64,000 nt of DNA from Dictyostelium discoideum. Taxonomy: Eukaryota. Both the position numbers and the translations under genes were made by a program. Positions 55,735 to 64,000 of this stretch are shown here, in pieces. The notes under the pieces are model-generated. The model was not told the origin of the DNA and searched no databases. It saw only the letters and a program-made list of their open reading frames with translations. Numbering within the stretch: the first letter of the stretch is position 1; each line of letters opens with the position of its first letter. The DNA lies in assembly GCA_000004695.1 (NCBI GenBank), contig CM000150.2:2464001-2528000 (forward strand), given 5' to 3'.

Positions 55735-56164
55735 TTTCTTAAGTCTAATGTTATAATGTTTGTTTCAATTTTTTAAAATTGGGTGTGTTTTTGCGAAAAA
55801 AAAAAAAAAAAAAAAAAAAATGGCTTTGTCGTCAACAAAAAAGAAAAAAAACTAAAATTGGATCATTTAAAATAAAATAAAAAAACGAACGAAAATATTT
55901 TTTTTTAATCGTTTTTAGATGGTTTTACCACTCCTTTGATTATTGAAAATCTTTTTTAAATATTTTTAGATTTTTTTTTTTTTATTTTTTTCGACCCATT
56001 ATTTTATAAAAAAAAAAATAATAAAAATTACCCCCACAAACCGCTTTTTTTTTTTTTTTTCACAAAGCCTGGTTTTTAATTTTTTTAACACTTTTTGGCT
56101 TTGCATCTTTATCGCTTAAAATACGGTTTGGAAAATACAACATTTTTTTTTTAATCAACCATAC

Positions 56165-56196
<32 letters not shown>

Positions 56197-56212
56197 TCGT
56201 ATTGAAATTAAA

Positions 56213-57808
56213 AAAAAATGGTAAAATTTTAAATAGTTATATCATTTTTATTATTTATTTTATATTTTAATTGTTTCACATTTGGTAGTTACACATTTGA
56301 TACAAAAAATTGGTCAACAAATGGTACACTATCATCATGTGTTTTTTATGATTTTGTAAATAACGATTATTATGATTTAAGAGCTATTGTCTATCCTGAT
56401 CATCGAGGTTCCCACAGAGCAAGTTTCACAGCTGAGCTTTCTGGTGGAATTCAAACACCATATACAATATATTTTAATCCTTGTTTTAATGATCATATGT
56501 GTCCAGGTGGTCTTTCAGTAGGTTGTATGCAAAAATAGAGGAGTATTATTTAATCAAGGTCTATTTTATGATTTAACACCAATGAAATTGTAAGTTATTA
56601 AATTCTTTTTCATATTTATTTTTTTATATTTTTTTTTTTTAAAATAATTATCAAAAAATAAAAAAAAAAAAGAACCAAACACAAAATTTCAAAATAAAAA
56701 AATCTAATCTTTTTTCACTTTTTTTTATTTTTTTTTAATTTTTTTATTTTTATTTTTTTTTCCCACAGATTAACAAGCACTTCACACCAAATCACCAATG
56801 ATGACCATACAAAAGATATTCTCTTTAATTTATTCGGAAATGTAAATAGATGTGGTACTTTCGGTACATCAACATTAAGTTATCAATCATGTATTTTAAC
56901 AGTTGCTAATAAAGCGATCAATTATAAACTAGATTCAAGATATGCAACATCACCAAAATCAGTTATGGTAGGATCTCTCAGTCAACCAAGAACAATTACA
57001 TTTACAAATGATGTAATAACCATAATTTATAGTTCAACAACTGGTTTCACAGAATGCTCATCAAATGGTAACAAATATTCATCAAAGTATATTTTAATTT
57101 GTGATCCATTCACAGAATATTATGTAGATAAATTTACATTAGAATCACAATGTATTTATCAAATCAAAGTTTATACTAAATACGCATGTCCAACATTACG
57201 TTTATTCAAACAAACACAATATTATGATCTTTCGCCATTGATGTTGTAAGTATTCAATTTAATTAAAAAACTTTTTTGGTGTTTTATTCTTTTGCGCTTA
57301 TTAATTATTAATAATAAAATAAATAATAGGGATTCAGCAAGAAATTATACAACAAGTCACTTTACAGACGGATCTGAGTTTTTTATTGTATTCAATATTG
57401 GTAATAAAGCACAAATGTGTAGCGATGCATTAAATGATTATTATTTTTCTTGTCAATACGAACCACGTCAAAAATTTTTTTATCCACTTGCAAAGGCAAG
57501 TTTAGGTCATAGAGTAACATTTGATTTAAATCAAGTTAAATTTGAATATACTTCACCATCAACAACAACTTGCTCATCAAATTCCTATAAAAGAGATCTT
57601 ATTGTTATTTTAAATTGTGATGAAAACCAACATTATCAATTAGTTTCAACTTTAGAATCTCCAACATGTGTATATACAATAACAATTAAAACTAAATATG
57701 TATGTGAATCAACAATTTATTACAATAGAATTAACTATACCTATTATGATATTACTCCAATAAAAACGTAAGTTTTAAATTAAATTTAATTATAAATTAT
57801 AAATTATA

Positions 57809-57874
<66 letters not shown>

Positions 57875-60800
57875 TATAACTTTATTAACAACCAAAACTA
57901 TTAATTTTAATTAGAACAAAAGATAGTCCAAAAACTGTAGATATTGTTGTTGGTGGATATCCATATAAAGTAAGGGATAATTTTTAAATTTTTAAATTTT
58001 TTTTTTTTTTTTTTTTTTTTTTTGACAAACACCAAACGTGTGTGAAACTAAAATTTAAATATTTTATATATATTTAAAAATGGTTACTAACTTTACTTTA
58101 TTAATTTTTTCCAACAGCTTTATTACGGTATAGGTAATACTGTTAATTATTGCTCAAATCAAGTGGAGTCAGTTCCAGGTGTTGATTATCAAGCTTGCCA
58201 ATATCTCAGCGGTCTTGTTATTCAAGTCGGTAGTTTAAAAAATACATCAATGTATATAAGTAATAATGGTATAAGTATATATCATACCACACCATTTGAT
58301 TTAACCAGAGTATGCCAAAATACAAGATATCAAAGAGTGATACAACAGCAATTAACGTTGTGGTCAGCGCTACGGAGACTGCCAATTATTGGGCATGTGA
58401 ATATACAATCGAAATTAAAACCAAATATGCATGTCCAATTAATTATGCACCAGTATTACCAGTTGTTGGAAATCCATGTTTATACACTTGCACACCACCA
58501 GGTGCTTTAAATCCAAAAGCTATAGTTTGTGTACTTTTAAATTTAGGCTTGTTTCTCAGAGATTAATAAATATGGTACAGGTGCACAATCATTACTTGTT
58601 ATATTCAACAATACTTGGGTTTTAAACCACAACGGATATGATGATTGGATGGGTGGACAACTTTATTCACTATTACTAACAGGTAAACCACAAACATCGA
58701 TTTCACCATATGTTAGTTCAATTACACATGATAATTTATGTACATATGGTACCAATGGGTTAAGTAAAGCAAAAAATTCAATCAATGATTTTCTTACTAT
58801 CACAAATGATCTTCTTGAAATTTCAAATCGTGCAGCCAGTTCAACCGTTACCAAATATACATATTCAGATGGAGAAATTACATTATCAACACATAAACTT
58901 TTGTCAACATCAACTGGAGGTCTTGCAATTATTAAATACAAAAATTTGCTATGCTACTATTCAATAGTTTCAAATTTACAAACTTTAGTTATTTCGAATT
59001 ATTTGCTTTCATGTCCATATTATTCACCAACTATTACAGTGTTCAGTTTAACACCATCAACAGGGCAAATTGGAGATATTATCACAATTAATGGTCAAAA
59101 TTTAGATACAAATAGATATGATGTTTATTTCAACATTATTGATGACAACAGTAAAATTAAAGCAACAATAACATCAAAGTAATTAGTCAACCATTTAGTA
59201 CAGATATCATCAATAGATTCTTTGTTATTGGTCAAAACCATCGTTCTTTAATAACCAATATCACCATTTATCCATATATCGATAATATTGAAAAAGAAAC
59301 AATATATTGTGAAATTGAAAAGTATTGTCCAAGTTCATCAAAAATTCCATCGATTCCAGAATCAGCAGTAGGTCATCCATGTATTGATTCAACAGTTTAC
59401 TCTGAGAATTCTCAGTTTATAAGGTACAAATTTTATTCCAGCCTCGCTTGCAGATCAAATTAATAATCAATCATTAATTGGTTCACCAAATTCAGTCACG
59501 TTTAATAATGTTTTATCTTCATCATGGAAATGGATTAACTCAACACATGTAAAAGCCATCGTACAAAAAGGTATTGGAGCAATCCTTACAATTGTAAATG
59601 TTGGAAGCCAAAGTACTGAAACGAGTCCATATCCCGTAATTTTTTATAAACAACCTGAATTAGATAATAAAAAATATGAAAACTTTGCAAATAGTAATAT
59701 TTTAATAACTGGTTCTAATTTTGTACCAGTTAGTGTTTCAGCAGGTTCATCAAGTTCTGTCAAAATCGGAGGTATTCCCTGTAACTCTGTAACATGGGTA
59801 GATTCAAAATCTGTTATTTGTAATGTACTAATTGGAACTGGTGATAATTTAAATATCCAAGTAACAGTTGGAGGTCAACAAACCGAATTAAATAATTATT
59901 TCTCATATTTAGGGCAATGCGATTTCCTCTGTAGCGATTTATCAAATTTAGTAAGTTTTTAAACATTTTAATTACAGAGGAAAAAAAAAACTAAAAAATA
60001 CTAATTTTTTACATTATAATCTCAAAGGAATTAGAAAAAGTTATTAGAGAAAATAAAAAAGATTTAAAGCAATAGTTCAGTACTTATTGATAATATAAAA
60101 TGTGAAGAAATCAAATGGATTGATTCAACAAAAGTTTCATGTCAAGTTCCAGTAGGTCAAGGCAAAGATTTATCGATTAAAGTTAAAATTGAAAATCAAG
60201 AAACTGAAGAAAATCAACAATTTTCATATGATAAACCATTTATTCAATCAATCAATCCAATTAAAGGAAGATGTAATCAAGAAGTATTAATTACAATTCA
60301 AGGTGATAGTTTTGGAAAGAGTGATCAACTAATTAAAATTGGTAATAACGAATGTCAAGATATTCAATTCTATCCAAATCATACATTTACATGTAAAGTT
60401 CCAATCGTGGAGAATTCAATTGAATCCATTGTTTTATTAAATATTGGCAATCAAGATTCAAACGATAACATTACATATAAATACTATGGACCACCAGAAA
60501 TTAAAAGTATTGGTTTACCTTCACATCTTTCATTTAAAGGTGATGATTTAATTACAATCATTGGTAATAACTTTATAGAATATGAAGATGGATCTGATGA
60601 AATTGTTGTTAAATTTAATAATGAACCAACAACTATCATTGAAAACACAGAAACATACATTAAAATTAAAATTCTTAGTGGTGATGAATTTAATGTAACA
60701 GCAACAGCCATCCTTATTTCAGGTGGAAGTACACAATCACCAACTCCAACCATAGCTCCAACTATTTCACCAACTCCAACGCCAACCGATAACTATTGGG

Positions 60801-61629
60801 TAAGATGTATGGTCGATTATTCAAGATTAACTTTACAAGTCGATAATCTTTACGGTCAAGATATAGTATGTATTGATGGTAATGGAATTTCATCAATTTT
60901 CAACGAATCATTCTCTTGTAAACCTGATCTTATTAACGATGGTATGATATGTGCTCAACAACATCAAGATGGAACAAATTCAACAACCACATTTGGTAAT
61001 TCAACATTAATTTGTCATATTGACTCAACAAAATCATGTGAAATTTCACCACCATTCATTATACCATCCGATCCAATTGAAGAGATGAATATTCAAATAT
61101 TTTAGAATGTCAATATAATCTCAATGAAAATTCATTATCAACACACTCTAATAATAGTCCACTAAGATGTTATAATAATGAAACTGAAAATTACTTCATT
61201 ATGAATACTACACTTTCATGCTCAAAAGATGAATCATTAAGTCAAGATAAAGATACGATTTCTTGTTTAGCAGATACAGATGATACTCAAATCTTTTTCT
61301 ATAAGAACTCAATTACATGCATTACAGATTATCCATACTATAGATGTACAATGAAATCTCAACCATCACCAGATGATAACATAATTCCAAAACCAACATT
61401 ACCACCAATTCCATCAATTGATGATGATTCCACATGTATTTATGATTCAGCCAATCCATATTCAATAGATCTCCAACTAACGACTGGAACTAATGCTAAA
61501 TGTCCAAAAAATGAAAAAGAACTTCGTTATGATCTTTCAACTTCTCTAACATGCACTGATTATATCACACTTAAAAACTCCACTTATTCAATTTCATATT
61601 CAAATTACATTTGCATTAAAACAAAATAA
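56213..61629 (+). pseudogene. Decayed tandem duplicate of the giant MRH/TIG gene (5.4 kb versus 10.7 kb)
   Basis: It is co-linear with 42114-52856 at roughly 90-97% identity, but it carries the following lesions: (1) the start is disrupted (ATGGTAAAATTTTAA); (2) ~290 bp of exon 1 is deleted at 56530 (..ggttgtatg|caaaaatagagg..); (3) frameshifts and deletions occur in the exon-5 homolog at about 58335, 58550, 59175 and 59425; (4) a ~3.9-kb deletion joins the exon-6 start to the late TIG repeats at 60075; (5) a ~660-bp deletion at 60700 removes the Gly/Ala-rich segment; (6) a 1-nt deletion lies at 61090. The exon 2-4 homologs (56763-57968) and the C-terminal Cys-rich region (60700-61629) are still largely open. 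There is an (ATA)n microsatellite at 57812-57870. Confidence 0.75.
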
Positions 61630-61953
61630 AAACAATTAAAAAATTTTAAAAAACAAAATGATATAATAATTTAATGAAATAATTTAATTACTATTTTTAC
61701 TATTTTTTTTTATTTTCGAAAAACTGTAATTAAATTATTTCATTAAATCATTATGTCATACCACCCAAAATTCAATTCTGAAAACTTTTTTTTTATTTAA
61801 TTACCCTTAAGAAAAAATTAAATGTGAAAATAAATGTTATATTTATTTTAGTATTGTTTTATTAATTTAAATTATTAATGCACCGTTTATCTAATTTTGA
61901 AAACTAAAAAAAAAAAAATTTATTTTTGGAATTAGTTAAATTTAAAAAAAAAT

Positions 61954-64000
61954 TTAAATTAAAATATAATTAATACTTACACCTTTGGTATATTCACCCA
62001 AAACTTTTATTAATTCATCATTGGATTTGATGTTTTGTAGATCACCATGTCTATTTTCAGTTAAGAGAATACAATAGATAAGATGATCTTGGCAATCTGG
62101 ATGATATTTAATGATTTTTGAGTCTGTATCACTTGGAAAAGCTTTACATATATTTTTATTAATTTCATTATAATCCTTATCATCATGACCTTCTTCGCTA
62201 TCACTTTGATCGCCTTCGATTTTATTTGGGAATTTAAATGGTTCTAAATCATCTTTGATTTTAACTTCTTTCAATTGAATGATGTTTTTATTTTTAATAA
62301 ATTTCAATTTTTCATAAAGTTCTTTTACTAAATCAATATTTTTTAAATCGATATATATCTTATCTGGGAAAGGTGTGAGTATTGATGTTGGTTCGATAAT
62401 GGTATTTTGTGTTAGAGCAGTTACCTTTTTATTCTTTTTTGATGAGGTAAGTGTAAATGTTGATTCAACATAGATATCTTTAAACAATTGGTAAGATTTG
62501 GATTTTTCAAAGCTACAAGTGACATCATTATCATCACATAAAATAATTTCCCCATTGATTGATGGAAACACATTGAAATCGAATAACTCTGATTTGTATT
62601 TATTTGTAGTTTGATCCTTAAGTTGAGTTAATAATGGAATGTAAACATTGTCATAACCATAGTTATATTCATTTGAAAATAATTTATCTTTTTCATTATT
62701 GTAAACGATAATAAATGGATTCAAATGATAGTATTTTTCATCATCTTCATAACCTTTTACCTTGGTTTCAAAGTCTAGCTTTCTGATACCTAAAATTTCT
62801 TTTAGACGCTGTGGATATTTATCTATTAATCCGTTTAAATTCAACTTTTGACCTGCAATGCTATTTAATCTTAAAGAAGCTTTTATAAGATATTGACCTT
62901 TATCTGGGTGTCTAATTATACCAACTCTTCTGTAAAAGTATTCAGAAAGATATTTCATTTCGTCACTGCAAAAAGAACCACCTCCACGTGCCTCTTGCCT
63001 TCCATGCCAATTTAAATCACCAAAGCAAATAGTTCCACCACCGCCACCGCTATATGCTTTATCCATATTATTGAATTGATAAGACATTTTTGAATGGTCA
63101 CTTCCTGAATCAGAGCTAATAACTTCTGACCAAGGTGTTTCGAATCTGTAAGAAAGATAAACTGATTCAACTGCTGGAGATATTGCATTTAGTCCATTTT
63201 CGATCTTTGTTTGAGTATGGACCATTGTTTTAAAATTATTACCATTTTTAAAATTATCGATGTAATGCCAAAGTATAAAAAATTTAATTTTTTCCTTGTG
63301 AGCTTTGTCAATTTTTTTATTATACGCTTTATAAAGGTTTTTATTTGTTGTTTGAATGAAATAATCCCCTTTATTTTTACTCTCATAAATTTTATTATAG
63401 TGAACATTTGTTTCATGAGCTGTATCTGATGATGTAATATCTTTGTTTAGAATTAAAACTGCCTATTTTAAGAATGTAAGTTTGATGATTTATTAACACA
63501 AATTTATAATTAAAATTACTTACCAATTGTGACCATTTATTTAAATAAATAATTCCATCCCATATATCAGGATCACCATCATTCTTTTTTTCAACAAAAA
63601 TATATTCACTCATTAGACCATCCAATTCTTTAAAAGTTTTGGGAATTTTTGTTGCTAAAATTGTACTATCAATTTCTTCCAACTTAATGACTCCTGAGCT
63701 TATCTTTTCAACCTTGGTTTTGAGATTTCTGGAATAAGAATCGGCTGATGATACCTTTTTAACCTTTTGACCATTTCCTGTTGAAACTGTATTAATGGTT
63801 TGAATATTTAAATTACTATAAATAATATACTTTGGAATAATATAAAGTTCTTCTTTTGACAAAGTTATACAAATTGAATGTTGAGCATGTTGATTTTTTA
63901 AAGTCTTTTTATTGAAATTAAAAAGAGGTTCATATCCTTTTTCTGGAGATTGTGGAACACTGTGAATTACATGAATTCCCCCTTCTTCATTCCAAATGAA
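61954..64000 (-). CDS. DNase II-like paralog, copy C (apparently intact; the 5' signal-peptide exon lies beyond the window end). Model: complement(join(61954..63462,63524..>64000))
   Basis: Exon (>64000..63524): ...FIWNEEGGIHVIHSVPQSPEKGYEPLFNF...LSKEELYIIPKYIIYSNLNIQTINTV...NKWSQL, then a GTAAGT donor. Exon 63462..61954 (1509 nt, in frame) codes AVLILNKDITSSDTAHETNVHYNKIYESKNKGDYF...MVHTQTKIENG...DHSKMSYQFNNMDKAYSGGGGGTICFGDLNWHGRQEARGGGSFCSDE..., which continues without a stop into the ~250-aa extension ...RKLDFETKVKGYEDDEKYYHLNPFIIVYNNEKDKLFSNEYNYGYDNVYIPLL...CQDHLIYCILLTENRHGDLQNI...SINYILI*. Confidence 0.7.

Noticed and set aside
58163-61105. ORFs 58163..58510, 58312..58566, 58649..59182, 60407..61105 and 61201..61629 presented as separate proteins
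   Set aside because: They are collinear, frameshifted fragments of the decayed duplicate of the giant gene, not independent genes.

Overview
The window is AT-rich eukaryotic nuclear DNA with every hallmark of Dictyostelium discoideum. It has long (AAT)n/(CAA)n tracts coding poly-N/poly-Q, short AT-rich introns with GTAAGT...AG boundaries, and a tRNA gene flanked by a tRNA-targeted retroelement. The supplied ORF track uses bacterial start rules (several 'M' residues are really TTG/GTG) and ignores splicing, so I rebuilt spliced gene models by eye. Exon boundaries are mostly good to within 1-2 nt.

The first 36 kb is a dense run of housekeeping genes. In order: a poly-Q protein running off the window start, NAP1, SGT1, a degenerate MoxR-like AAA protein, a membrane protein, a kinase-RasGEF fusion, a CD2BP2/LIN1-like protein, UQCC1/CBP3, SHQ1, a DEAH helicase, a TPR protein, a frameshifted pseudogene-like ORF array, a zinc-finger/SAP/TIG protein, and ESF1. 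At 37.0-39.7 kb, tRNA-Lys(UUU) carries a downstream extra B box, and a non-LTR (TRE5-like) retroelement ORF1 with a tandem partial copy and ~55-nt poly(T) tracts sits head-to-head upstream of it.

The most interesting part is 40-64 kb. It holds a 10.7-kb, 7-exon gene (42114-52856) for a ~3,390-aa secreted or membrane protein. The protein has an N-terminal signal peptide, about five CI-MPR/MRH-like cysteine repeats, 15 or more IPT/TIG repeats including near-identical recent tandem copies, a ~100-aa Gly/Ala/Thr/Val segment, and a C-terminal Cys-rich domain. This gene is flanked by three paralogous minus-strand genes for signal-peptide-bearing DNase II-like (acid DNase) proteins that carry a novel ~250-aa C-terminal extension. 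The unit of giant gene plus DNase II has been tandemly duplicated. The second giant-gene copy (56213-61629) is a pseudogene with multiple deletions, frameshifts and stops. The first DNase II copy is truncated, the second has a 4-nt frameshift, and the third looks intact.

No prokaryotic-style systems (CRISPR, operons) are present.
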